Shown here: piece after piece, positions 37,348 to 49,830 of the stretch
How the letters are laid out: every line of letters starts with the position of its first letter
Numbering within the stretch: the stretch's first letter is position 1
Assembly (NCBI GenBank): GCA_903813345.2
Contig: CAIIXF020000001.1
Coordinates: 5,518,001 to 5,582,000 of the forward strand
From: Owenia fusiformis
Taxonomy: Eukaryota
Direction: 5' to 3'
Length of the DNA stretch: 64,000 bases
The notes under the pieces: generated by a model
The model's database searches: none
Seen by the model: only the letters and a program-made list of their open reading frames with translations
What the model was told of the DNA's origin: nothing
Translations under genes and position numbers: made by a program

Positions 37348-37778
37348 GTGAGTGTCTGTTTGACTCTATTGTTATTAATTAATAACACTCAGACCATGGT
37401 TGGAAGCTCATAAAATCATATGTAAATGTTAAATGTTCATGTTTAATTGTGTGCTTGGTTTTTTAAGTTTTAAAAATCTGATTTCATGAGAACCTATCTC
37501 TAAATATAAGATATTCTCTAAAGTATAATTTAATGATGCTACAATTTTATTTTTGATTTTGTTGTTTTGCTGAAGCTTTAGTATATTATTAAGACCTAAT
37601 TTGATAGTACATGTAGTACCTTAAGTAGTCTACCTATACCTGCTATTGCACAGCCATGCCAAAAACTAAATAACAAGTGAATACCAATGTTTGAAAGGAG
37701 CAAATGTCAGGATAATGACAAATTGTAAAATTTTAATTTAAATAAGCCATTAATCAGTAAGACATATGCTTCCATATG

Positions 37779-38106
37779 CACTGGGGATGAACTGGAAACA
37801 AGGGAGATTTTGCCTCATATCAAAATGGCTGCAATGAAAAAGGAGCATTTTCCTCTTATCATTGATAAATGTGCCTCATTTCTTAAGTAAAAGAATTAGT
37901 TTGTAAATATCTCAGCAATGACTGGATTGATTTCTAAGTTGTAATCATATTTTAAAACCAATTACCTGCCAAACATTTAGTTGCAATTGGAAAGATGAAA
38001 GGATTAAAATCGTGAAAAGAAAAAATCTTACCAAATGCTTCCTTTTCATTGTGATACGAGGCAAAACCTCCCTCGTTTCCAGTTCGTCCCCAGTTCATTC
38101 CCAGTG
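37779..38106. mobile_element. MITE (~330 bp)
   Basis: CACTGGGGATGAACTGGAAACAAGGGAGATTTTGCCTC...GAGGCAAAACCTCCCTCGTTTCCAGTTCGTCCCCAGTTCATTCCCAGTG; TSD not clean. Confidence 0.65.
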
Positions 38107-38760
38107 TAATGTGAATTTTGTTTAAAAATGACACATCCCATATTTAGCATTTTGTGAAGTATTTAATAAACAATGATGTTGATATTGCACAAAACCTCTG
38201 CCCTCCCCCATTCTCATTTCTATATTTCCTCAACCAATGAAGAATAGTCTTATTCAGGAAAGAACACAGTCAGATTAGTTTTCACTAATTTTATTATCCC
38301 AGAAAATGTAGTCTAGCAGGGATATAGAGAAGCTATCCATTCATCCCTCAATCCGTCCATCCGTTTGTGTGTCCAGGCCATAATTCAAAAACTGGTCAAC
38401 GAATTTAGTTCAAATTTATAGGCTGATACTTAATTGGCATTGAACTTCTCATGAGTGGAGAATGAGTTTACAATATGCCCACTCAATTCAAAATTGCAAC
38501 CATCTTTGTAAAAAAGGTAATCTTTGATCAAATACTGGTTGGTGGATTTAGGGAATTGTATATGCTGATGCTCGGAATCATTTGGTAGAGACAAATTAAA
38601 AACAGAGATCAAATGTATAAATTATTAATTTTTCCTGTGTCACTTTGCTTTTAAGGTCAGGCAAACACCATTAATCAATATTAAAAATGATTTGTTAACA
38701 CTATTTCATGGTTTCCCATATTTGAACAGTCCTCATAAATTCTCCAGATTCTTTATTTTT

Positions 38761-38830
38761 CTTTTTTGTGTGTTTTTGTTTTCTTTTTTGTGTGTTTTTG
38801 TTTTCTTTTTTGTGTGTTTTTGTTTTGTGT
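38761..38830. repeat. About 3 x 22-bp T/G-rich minisatellite
   Basis: (cttttttgtgtgtttttgtttt) repeated three times. Confidence 0.8.
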
Positions 38831-39411
38831 TTCTGCTTTTTTGTTGCCAAATGGATTAGGGTTGGACTCCTCTGCATTCTATTTTTTTATTGTAGGTGCA
38901 AGATGAATGGATACGACTGATGTTGCTTTAGCTGTTCTGTATGTTTATGTACTGTAATGTTAAATATATGTGGGATTTTGGTTGGATGATATCATACAGA
39001 GAAAATGCTACATTATTAAATGCATAAGTGATTGCGTCAATTATTTATACCAATTGATACTAATAATGCTATCTTGCAAAGCATAAAATACCATTTATAT
39101 AAGTCAAACTTAGAATGTCATTTCTAGTTAATATCCCAGAATGTTAAATCAGTGGTAAAAGTCAAATTCATCGCATTTCAGCAATGTTACTCTGAAAAGT
39201 TCTTTATTACCATTTCAACGGAAAACTATTTGGTCTTGTAGAGTTTCAATTTTTCAAGGCATAGTTTGTTAGTCAGTAGCATTTATACATTCCTCTGCCA
39301 GTCCAAACCTTTTGATAAAGCATAGACCCTTTCTCTTCAGGAATAGTTATATAATATGCACAAAAAACAGGGTATTCCAGAACTCATGAGAATTGAAGGA
39401 GACTTGTCATA

Positions 39412-40072
39412 CTGTATTCTCTCTAATAAACGCACAGGGCGGTTCCCGAATTCTCCTGGAGGAGATGTCTCAAATGACAAAATCTCCTGGGATTTTTGAA
39501 TGATGAATATTAATGGGCGATAAAAGGCTATTTCATGAAGAGGTAAAAACTATTTTTGGATCAGAAGATCCCATGTTTACTGCAAGTGTCAATGGTTTCC
39601 AATACGCTTTGGTCAATCGATAGCGTTAAGTGAATTAATGGAATTTACACTTTTATCGTTATCGTTTATCGTTTTTCCTTGTTCTTGATTTTTGTTACTC
39701 AAGTTGCCAGTTGTCTTTCATAAAAAAATTGTGTGTGCGTTTATTGGAGCACTGTATTTGTCTTTAATTTGGTGCTACTTAATTTGGTGCTTTTGGGCCT
39801 ATTTGCGTCTATTTAATTTGGCGGTTTGCAAGTGTTTTGTTTATATAAATTTCTTCAATAGTTCTCATTGTTTCTATCAATTTAAACGGCCCGGCCATCT
39901 TAGTATGTGTTTCTTATAAGCAGAAATGCACCAAACGAAAAACATGTCAAATTCCCGGGGGTTTGGAGACTATTTAATTTGGAAATTATTTAATTTATTT
40001 AATATGTGCCAATTTAAAATGCTCGCCAAATTAAAGACGAATACAGTATGTGCACCTATTAGAGAGAATATG
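39412..40072. mobile_element. Nested pogo/Tigger-like MITEs
   Basis: Outer ends ctgtattctctctaata / tattagagagaatatg; inner element CTGTATTTGTCTTTAATTTGG (39752)...CCAAATTAAAGACGAATACAG|TA (~40046) interrupts the right arm. Confidence 0.55.
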
Positions 40073-40786
40073 ATAGGTGATTTATCTTAAAATTTGGTGC
40101 ACTTTAACAAACTTTAACTTTAATTAAACATACATCGAGGAATAAATGACATGAATTTCAGGAACATAGCTCTTATATTTCCATATTTACTGACCCGCAA
40201 TATGTGTTTAACCAATGTGGTAAGTTTGAAGTAAATTGACCAATGCATTCTCGTGAGTTCTGGGACACCCTGTAGTTGCATTGTCTGCCAACATTCCCAT
40301 TCCCTGTATGAACTTGCATTTCCTTCCAAAGTTCCCATTCTCCTCTGAATGCCAAGTCTTTTTAGAGATACTTTTATACAGTATCTATTCTATGACTCGT
40401 ATATACTTTATCATATACATGTACGAGTGAAGAATAAGTGTACATGCACATGTAGTTTCAATCATTTTCATATTAGCTCAGTTACCATACAATTTTGACG
40501 TACAGTATAATTGTCTCTGAAAAAACACATTCCCTGTTTGGTTTTTACCTCAGTCTGTACATTTAATTGTTGATTTTTTACTATGGGTATCTAGGCAAAA
40601 TTACCTTATACACTTAGCAGACTTGATTGTTCCAATTCTGTGCATCATGGTTAATTTTTTCAATGTGAATCATGTTTAATTGATCCATGTATTCATATAT
40701 CATGAATATCATTGATACGTTCACCAGAGTTGGTCGTTGCATCCATGTTGTTTCTCATTTTATTCCCTCTATGCCTGGCTTATTTG

Positions 40787-41392
40787 TTATGTCACCACTA
40801 AATAGTGGTGACATAATGTTATGTTCTCTGAGTCTGATGTTTTTTTGTGACGGTGGGTGACGATTGGCATTCGGCGTTTGTTACAAATTCTTACAATTTC
40901 CAATAACTTAACAAATACCGTCAATTTTTTTCAAAATCATCTACAAGTTCTCAAAACTTCAAATCTGACTTGAGATTTGACCTTCATTGACTTTTTCAAG
41001 GTCAGAAAAGTAAAAACAAGTTTTTTCATCTTTCATCAAGTTTTTAGATAACTCTTGTTATCGCGATTCCAGGAAAACCACTTAACGGATTTACTTCAAA
41101 TTTTCAAACATGTTACATGGTATGAAGTTCTAGAGCTGATTAAGTTTTTGGTGGCCATCTTGCTATGTTTTGAGTACTATATTGTTCACCCTGTGCCTTG
41201 TTAGATTTGACCTTCAATGACCTTCTCAAGGTCAAAAAATGTCAAAAAGGTAATTTTCAACTTGCTTCAAATTGACCAATTTTTCAGAATCTTGACATTT
41301 TTCTCAGAATTTCAAATCTGGCTTAAGATTGAATTCACAATAGTGTGAGCAACTAGGGTGGTGACATTTTGTCATGTTGTCAAAGCCTTGTT
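40787..41392 (+). mobile_element. Second HINE-like family; related segments at ~29300-29600 and inverted at ~60934-61372
   Basis: 5' palindrome ttatgtcaccacta-aa-tagtggtgacataa, 3' ggtggtgacatt + short hairpin + gccttgtt; internal repeats caaatctgacttgagatttgacctt; 60934 acaaggcattaacatgacaaaatgtcaccacc is the reverse complement of the 3' end. Confidence 0.65.
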
Positions 41393-41492
41393 CTTTTAAT
41401 GTGATCATTATTTGAATGTTCTTTCCTTCTGATCTGGCCCTATGGAGAGTTCCATATACATAATGGTTGATTGTTCCTTATATGTGTTTCAG

Positions 41493-41594
41493 GTACCAGA
41501 AGACAGCCACGGGACTAAGGTCTGCTGGACAGAAGACAGGAGAGGCCTTCAGTAAACTAGGCTCATACACAAAGACAAAATTGGCAGATGTAAA
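41493..41594 (+). CDS. TPD52: TPD52-like exon 5
   Basis: gtttcag|G TAC CAG AAG ACA...GTA AA|gtaagt = YQKTATGLRSAGQKTGEAFSKLGSYTKTKLADVK; matches D52 YKKT...AGQK.S.AFS..GS....KL.D. Confidence 0.92.
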
Positions 41595-41975
41595 GTAAGT
41601 AAATGACTGAAAAAAATTGAAATTGTACAGCAAAAAAACACAAATTCATATCCATATTTCAAGTGAATAAAAGCCTTCTTATCTTTCTTAAGTTAAGACA
41701 TTAACCTAATGATTATGAAGATGATGAAACAGTGAAACATCAGTTGAGATAATCTTAAAGGAAATTGTAAATTATGCAAAAAATATGCGCTCATGAATGA
41801 ATTATTCGGTATTTCTAAAATTTAAAATCATGCAAAATTAAAATGCGCCATGTAAAAATATAATTCTGGCATCTGTGGATTATATAGAAGGAAATGTGTT
41901 CTACATTTTCTGCCAACTAAATTAATGTCCTTATTTCTTATGATTTACCACTTGTGTGATTTTCTTTGTTTTCAG

Positions 41976-42036
41976 AAATTCTGAATCATTCAAATCTTTT
42001 GAGGATAGAGTTTCTGGTGCCTATACCAATGTTAAG
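41976..42036 (+). CDS. TPD52: TPD52-like exon 6
   Basis: gttttcag|A AAT TCT GAA TCA TTC AAA TCT TTT GAG GAT AGA...GTT AAG|gtatgt = NSESFKSFEDRVSGAYTNVK (D52 motif NSxTFKSFEEKV). Confidence 0.93.
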
Positions 42037-42341
42037 GTATGTTGAGGTCTTGATTTCTGTTGGAGCTTGACTAATTTTAGCTATATTAATACCTATACCC
42101 ATATATATATGTAGGTGAAGGCTGTTCTGTTGGCTTAAATCTTAATGGTTTGCAATTAACTAACTTTGGCCTACCTGCATTTTGTGTGTGTTTTACTATC
42201 TGTAATAAGTATAATGTTTTTGTTGGTTGCATAAACATTAAAATTCTATTAAACATTCTCTGACCAGTATAATGCAACATCTCTTTATTATTATCATATG
42301 TGGACGTCACTGCTGAAACAAGTGTAAATGATAACACTTAA

Positions 42342-42523
42342 GGAGAGTAGAAGGGATAGAAACAAAATAAGAGTTTGAAACTGTCACAATCTTACAATAT
42401 TTTTTGTTCTGTTCTCGGCTATCTAGATATTTCTAAGACAATAACATTAGGATTGTAAGCAAAACATTACTATTTTGAAAATATTGCTCCCAGTATTTCG
42501 CACTCACTATCCCTTCTACTTCC
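42342..42523. mobile_element. 182-bp fold-back MITE with TTAA TSD (Kolobok-like)
   Basis: TTAA|GGAGAGTAGAAGGGATAG...CTATCCCTTCTACTTCC|TTAA. Confidence 0.7.
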
Positions 42524-42791
42524 TTAAAGATGTAATGATCATCCCGATCCCGAACATAATTAGTTTAAACCAATAACATGCAAAACTTTGATTTTCAATG
42601 GATAGTAATAAACATTGATCAATATACACGTACGGTACAGGTATCCCAGCATAGCCATAGTGGTACATAGTTCAGACCCTTTTTATAAAGAGATCATAAA
42701 TTAATAAATGCATCTCCTATATTTTAGGTCTACCAGTACTGCTTGCTTGTTGACTTCATGATTATGCTTTGTTTATTTATTTTCTTACCAG

Positions 42792-42827
42792 AGGTCACAG
42801 TCGTTAGGGGGCATCCGACAGCGTATG
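42792..42827 (+). CDS. TPD52: Candidate 36-nt alternative cassette exon of TPD52-like (RSQSLGGIRQRM)
   Basis: Strong acceptor tttatttttcttaccag and donor gtgagt, phase 0-0, stop-free, GC-richer than surrounding intron. Confidence 0.55.
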
Positions 42828-45800
42828 GTGAGTGGTTCCTCATGCATGTTGTAAAGCACCACATTATTGAACTGATCACATACTTTATTATAGAGTTAGA
42901 AAAACAGACCTCTACTGTATCACTGTAGCTGTATCAGCAAAATAGTTATATCAGATAATCCTTACACATTTTTTACTTAATAATAATAAATCAAGTTCAA
43001 TGAAAATTTGTTGGTACCATTTGTGTTTTCAATAAGGTCTGAAAAAGTGGGCTTGAAAAAGTAGATCCCAAAATAAAGTGATTAAAAATGTTACTTTTTA
43101 TTTCAACTTTTTACTTGTTAATTAAGTGACAAACCGATTTAATTTTTTATAAAAAATATTGAAATAACATCCAAATCAAATTATGAATATTCAAAAGAGG
43201 ACATTTAAATCTACAAGATGTAAAAATATCAAAATTGTCCGAAGCAGGCATAACGTACTGATGAACTTCATTGTCCAAACCGAGACTTGTCTTTCATGAA
43301 CATTTATTCCATTTGTTGTTACTTGCCTTTGCTACAAGAAAGACATAACTTCATATTTTGCCATTCGGATAGCCAAAGAACCTAATGTATTCTGATTTTC
43401 TTTGTTTTCTGCTTTAAGTATTATTAATAAAATAATTTTAATAATTTGATTTGTCAAAGTAGAGTTGTGTGTATGCATTGTCTGTGGTTTTATGACATAT
43501 CTGCTTCCGCTCAAATGTGGCTAAATGTTTTTCAGAATTTCAACTGCTGTTAAAAAGGAAAAAATTACAATGATTTTAATGTTAAAATCTATTTATTTGT
43601 AGAATATTTTTTAATCATTGGAACAAATACATACATTGGAAAGGTACATTAGTATGACAGAAAATGTTCAGCTAAATCTGCATTTTGCACATGTTATACT
43701 AACAGGGCTAACACATTGCTCTCATATTGTATAAGTCAAAGGATTTAGAAGGGAAAGGGAGCGCAGAAGTCATATAAAGATTACCTTTAGAATTCTTATT
43801 TCATTTTCTTGAGGTATCTGACCCAACTGAAGATTTAAAATGCAGAAGTGTTCAAATTCAATCGGTCCCCTTTTCATTTCATATGCCATAAAACCTTAAA
43901 AATTGAAGGATAATCCTGAAATAAAGTCAGAACTGTTTGAAATAGGTGTGACATGGAATGAGAGGAAAAAAATTGGGAAATTGTGACAATAGGGGATACA
44001 CATATTATATATTATATAACATGATATCTTTAATTTACAGTTTTGAATGTTGCAATATTCATGAGAACATCAGATATCTGTAGATACTTTCAATATATGT
44101 GCTCATAGACTAGTACAATTACATCTTTTAACATAACATGCTTCATATAAGTGTAATCTGGGTTTAACCTGCACCGGGATTTGGGCTTAACTTACATTAA
44201 TGTGCTATTCAAAAGTTTGCGTAAGAACCCCCAGCAAGTGACAACCCCCTTATCAATCAAACATGTTTTTATTTATACAAATTTGATTTGACGAGTCCAC
44301 ATTCGTTCAATTTGATAAAATCTGCTTCACTTCCGGAAATGTGCAGTAAGCCTTGATTCATTACTGTTAGCACTTGCGTATAATAATGAAATCTGATGTT
44401 TTAAAGAGAGCAGATTTGGGGTCAGGGTCCAAGGGTGGGGAATATTTAACTAGTTTTATTGCTCCCAGGGTGGGGAAATTGACTCATTAAATTGACCCTA
44501 GGGTAAGGAAAATGACATTCAAAATTTTTTGTGTGGGGATCACGCAAACCTTTATATGGTGCATAAGATCTTTGCATTCAGTACTAATATTTGAGGTGAG
44601 ACTGGTGGGTTGGGTGAGGGTCAGGCAGATTCAACTTGATTATTGATTAAGGCTAGAAAAATTGTGCATGGGAATCCTCATATCATTAATTGTTTTTATT
44701 TTTATTACTTGTAAATCTGAGCAAGAATAATTGAATTATGACTTATAACTTATTACACAAGCTACAGGTTACCCAACCAACCTGCATAGCCTTACTAATA
44801 TTCCCCTCACTTATTTACCATCTCATATTATTTCTGGATATGAATGTACAATATTTGATATAACCATGCCTCGGATAATGTGCCATGTATGTAAACTGTG
44901 GTACATAAAGAGATCCTATCAGAATATACGACATATACAAAAGTGAATGTGTTACAGCAAATGCAAATATTTTAATATGGTCTCCAAGTATGATTGTTGT
45001 AAAATAAGGCCAGGGTTTGAATGAATATGTACCATATATGTGCTAATGCTCACCCAAGCCTAACCATTAATGTACATGTACCAGTAACTAATATATTTTA
45101 TTGCAGCTTAAGCGAGGGTTTTCACTCAATTCATCGACCAGCATGAATATCTCTGATTTGACATATCCTGACATCATTGAGGTACCCCCACCTGACACCA
45201 CTGCCCTGCTGACATTTTTCATGTTGTAATATATCACACGAGAGGACATGCCTCATATGAAGCATCAACTTCTAATAATATATTTTTGTTTGATCATTAC
45301 TTGAGACAATGATATCAAATTATTACCACTTATTATTGCTCTTGATGATAATATGAAAGCATTATCCTCTGCATCTGGTTATTGCAGTGTTAAATTTTTT
45401 AAAATGTTCTTTTTGTGATAGTCCATATATTGAAATGTGACATGTGTTACTTGAATAGTTTAGATCAGTTTATTAAGGCATCTCCTCTGTATTAGTTGAT
45501 ACTTTTTGCAGTTTGGTACTCTGTGTATTCTTTTCAGTTCTTGATCATATTAGGAAAGCTTTCGAGGATTCACACCCAAATACAAGTAGTTGTCAATTGT
45601 TCAGTTTAATAAAATGTGGGTGAGGGACTTTATGAAAACATATTACGTATATTATTTATAATGGAAAGACTGAAGTGTGTCACATGTCCACAAGAAGGGT
45701 TCCTAATATGTTGATGATTTTCTAAAAACTTGTAGTACAATACATGTATGTACAAATCATCAACAACAGTCTGTTATCCACCCCCAGACAGTAGCTTGTA

Positions 45801-46396
45801 GAATGCTTTCTTCTTGAATTCTAAACGAATACCTTTAAGCCCCAAAAAGTAAAAACAGTAAATATTCCTGGAACAGAGCACAGATGTGAAATATCCTGTT
45901 GTAATACACAATGCATGCATTAAAAGATTTGCCAAATCTATGGCACATGATTACATTGATGCTACCTTAGACTAAGGAACCAGTATGTTAGTGACTCTAT
46001 TGGAGATGCTATTTTTGTAGATTGAATAGACCTGTTATCACTGCTGTGTTTTATTGCATCTGTTTATTAAGTATATTCTGATATTATCTGAGGAATATGT
46101 GAATCAATCCGGATCAATAAATATCAGATCCTCCATTCAATCACATGGTTCACTCACCTAATCAACCGTGTTTTCCTGGTACTGTTCACTGGACTAAAGG
46201 CCTCCTCACATATGAGTTAAAACCCCAAGGGGGCCTAAAACTGTTGGTTGTTCTTAAAGTGTATTTGCAGTGCCATTTATTTTATATTTTCATTGTTATG
46301 GCAACTGTTTCCAAGGTTTTCATTATTATTATCTCTTTGGAAGATAAATACTTTATCCTGTTAACATCAAACAATTTTCTTCTTACACAATCTTTA

Positions 46397-47302
46397 TTAT
46401 CCCAATGGACGAAGTTTGGTAGGGATATAGTGAAAAGTAGTAGAATATATAATCATAAGCAAGACTTTCTAATGACAATTTGACTTTGTGAGAAGTCATT
46501 TTGAAAAATGATTGCCATTACATACTAATTTATGTTTATTACTATAACTCAAAAAGCAGTGGAGCGATTTTGTTGAAATTTTTAGATGTGACCTCTTGAC
46601 CTCTTCGAAGCATATTACATTTTCTTTTGACAATTGTTTAGTGAATGGCCATAAAAAAGGTGATCATTTCGTCTATGCTATATTATGTTGTTGCTATAAC
46701 TGGAAAAGTTGTGGAGCAATTTTGTCAAAATTTTGTGATAATACTTTGAAACATATTATACTTTCCAATGACACTTTGAGTAGTAATGGGTCATTTTGAA
46801 AAATGATCATCATTTTTAGGTGTTTTTTCAAGTTTTTTGTTATAAATGAAAATGTGAATACTAAGAAGTATATTACACTGTCTAGTCACATTTTGGCAAA
46901 TAGGAGAACATTTCGGTATATGGCAGCCATGGCTGTTTGGTGGAATTTGCTACTCTTGGAGTCACTGTTTTTCTCATTTATTAATTAAATTAAACTTTCG
47001 GTGTTGTATTTCAAATGAGGTATTTTGTCTAAAATTATTCCTGCTTGTCATTATCCCACCGAAAGAAGTTTGATGGGGGCTGGGGATATTTCAAAAAAAT
47101 TTCAAAATGGCTGCTATTTTTGTTCTTAAAAAACATAATCTTTGATAACTCAAATGCTAGTGGATGGATTTGGTTCAAATTCTATATACTTCCATAGGTA
47201 CAAAGGAGCTCTGTTCAAGAAGAAATTTTCAAGATGCCTGCTTCTTATCAAAATATGTTTTGTTTGGGATTGGCTACTATTTGTGGAGTTGCTGTTTCCT
47301 AG
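46397..47302 (+). mobile_element. Two adjacent decayed copies of the 21588-22523 HINE family (46397-~46975 and 47051-47302); further copies at ~38294, 48958-49993, 52507-53156
   Basis: 5' ttatccca..gaac/gaag..gtt..gggatatag and 3' gggatt.gctac...g.gttgctgtttt.tagtt motifs plus ctataactcaaaa units recur at each site. Confidence 0.65.
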
Positions 47303-47768
47303 TTTTTCATTTAATTATCTTACATATAGTTCCACGGTCCTTTAATCTAAAATTATGTTTGTCTTCACTCTGGGAATTGAATTTATTTCCAGCTGTATGC
47401 CTTGCATTTAATTGGTCCAAAACAGCTAACATGGCCAACAGTCCGTGACCCATTACCATCTTATTAGACAAAGATACCACATATCAGGTATATGTAGTGT
47501 ACATAGATATGTATTGAATCCTTCATACTTCAGTTTTTTGGTAATAAATCTGCCTTCTTGTTCTATGTCATCAGAGTATCAAGATTCAGAACTCATTGAA
47601 TAAGACTTGTTGCCCATCTTTGCTATGAATTCCCTAAACTGTACTTGAGTGAGATAAGGCACCCGTGTGTTGGATTAGTTATGGATCATAGTTTGTTTTT
47701 TCCCACTGTGGTGGAGTAATTTTACACATCTGGATTTGGTCCTATCAAATTCATTATTTAATCAAATT

Positions 47769-48712
47769 GGAATGCTCTAAAAACCCTTGCACCTGTGACA
47801 TGCACCTTCGACCTGACCTATTGGGTGTCTAGGATATTCTTCGATAAAAACATTTATAAAAACCCTGCAACCTTCAATTTCTCAGTCAAGGAAATGTCTC
47901 TGACCATAAAAGGAAATATACTATGACGATATGAATATTCATGAATTAGAAAGGCTTTGTACATGTCAAAACGTTGTTACTTCAAAGACTTAATAACCTA
48001 CCGCTTGCCTGTCGATCAGACTTGCTGTCATCTGACACTGAAATCACTAAAAAACATACTTTTCAAATTACGATATCTCTAAACATATTACACCAATTAC
48101 AATCACATCAGCCCTTAGCGCAGAAGGCCAATTCACTTTTAATTTAAGAAATAATTCTCAAATCAATGGACGTGTACTTTACTCTATATTTGACCAGAAA
48201 GAATATGAGAAACTGAAAATGAATAATTAATGCTCTGCGGGCGGGAAATGAATAAACACGCTAAATTACACTATTTAACGGCTCTAGTTTCAAAACTATA
48301 TATCCAATCCACATGAAATCAAAACAAATAAAATTGAAAGATGCCTCTCATTGAAACATATATAAAATGTAATTTGATCTCATGGAAATAAACATGAAAA
48401 TAACATGCAATTAGAAAACTCCCAATTACAATATGATAGGAAAAGCTCAAATAGTTTTACTGCCTCTTCAATGGAGGAGGTAAGAAATGTTCATGTTTGA
48501 AATTATTTGCACGATACAATAACTGTTTTCACCACTCTAGGGACACATCAGTTACTGCTAACATTACTTGTATAAAACTTAATAATCTCAACTTGGAACT
48601 ATATGGACTGAGAAATTGAAGGGCGTATGCTTTTTATGAATTTATTCCAAAAATTTCTGGACATCCAGTTGAAGGTCGCAGGTGCAGGTCAAAGCGTTTT
48701 TTAGAGCATTCT
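47769..48712. mobile_element. MULE-like non-autonomous element (~944 bp) with 9-bp TSD
   Basis: aatcaaatt|GGAATGCTCTAAAAA...TTTTTAGAGCATTCT|aatcaaatt; imperfect TIRs continue inward (gcacctg.gac..ccttc / gaaggtcgcaggtgc). Confidence 0.7.
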
Positions 48713-49020
48713 AATCAAATTTACTGTCTTCATTCATGTCATTTACACTTTCCATACGTTTGATTTTTAGTTGGCCCTGAATTGACCAAGGTCTTAAAAG
48801 CTTGGAATGAGTTGTTGTTTTTAAATTTTATCAACAATGGCTATTATTAATGAAATACGAATACTTTATTTCCATTTTTATTGTATCTAACTTTTTTCAT
48901 CCAATTCAGGATAAATTGATTTTGTTTAGTTCTCATTCAGAGTATAAATTACAGTTGTTATCCCATGAAACAAAGTTCAGGGGGTATATAGAATTAGGCT
49001 CCATCTGCACGTTTTTTTTA

Positions 49021-49830
49021 ACCCTACTATCACACCAAACTAGTTCTCACTACGTTCTCGAAAACGGGCTTCAACTGTGTACGAACGGACTGGACCTACT
49101 AAGAACCGTTTGGGATCTATTTACAAACTTCATCGAACGTACTCGAACGGGTAGGTCCTCTAGAACTTAGTCAATGCTCAAAATGTTCTCGTGGTCGTCA
49201 CGTTCTACAATTAGAATGAGTGACAACGTACTAACGACGAGCTGGACGTACTATGAACGGAACCGTCGTACTTCAATCCTACTAGGGACGTTTTAACAAC
49301 GAGTTGAACTGTCTGAGGACGTGTTGAGAACGAGGTAGAACTAATTGCAAACGGGTTTAAACTGATTAAGAACGTATTTAACACTGCTTATGAACGAGTT
49401 AGCAAAAATATAGCTATCCCACCAAACAAGTTGCCACTACGTTTTTCAGAACTGGTTTTAAACTGTGTGCGAATGGAATGAACGTAACTGCAACTTTCTA
49501 AGATCTATTTACGAACTTTATGAACGTTCTCAGACGGGAAGGTGATTTTAGAATTTTGAATCGATTCAAAATTCGATGGCGACAATACCGTTCTGTAATC
49601 AGGTCATGTTGACCTTTTAGACTAAGGGACGCGTTCTACGACGTTGCACACCGACGTGGTGCGACCTGAACGAACTGCGAACGAGATGGACGTATTGAAG
49701 ACTGTTTAAGAACGAAGAAGCTAATTATTTCAGACATATTTCCCGACCACAGCCAGATTGAGCCCGTTTTATGCCGTTTTCGTAGGACTGGCAAGAACGG
49801 GTAAGAACTAGTTTGGTGTGATAGGGGGGT
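49021..49830. mobile_element. 810-bp CpG-rich TIR element (PIF/Harbinger-like or piggyBac-like) nested in a HINE copy
   Basis: ACCCTACTATCACACCAAACTAGTTCT...AGAACTAGTTTGGTGTGATAGGGGGGT; flanks tta/tag; HINE 5' end at 48958 and 3' end at ~49993 surround it. Confidence 0.75.

Noticed and set aside
38896..38920. Acceptor tttttttattgtag followed by G TGC AAG ATG AAT GGA TAC GAC TGA, a possible truncating TPD52 exon
   Set aside because: Only 7 codons, no homology; such acceptors are common by chance in T-rich introns.
43238..43292. ctgatga...cgagac resembling a hammerhead ribozyme core
   Set aside because: Lacks the conserved GAAA and I could not build the three stems.
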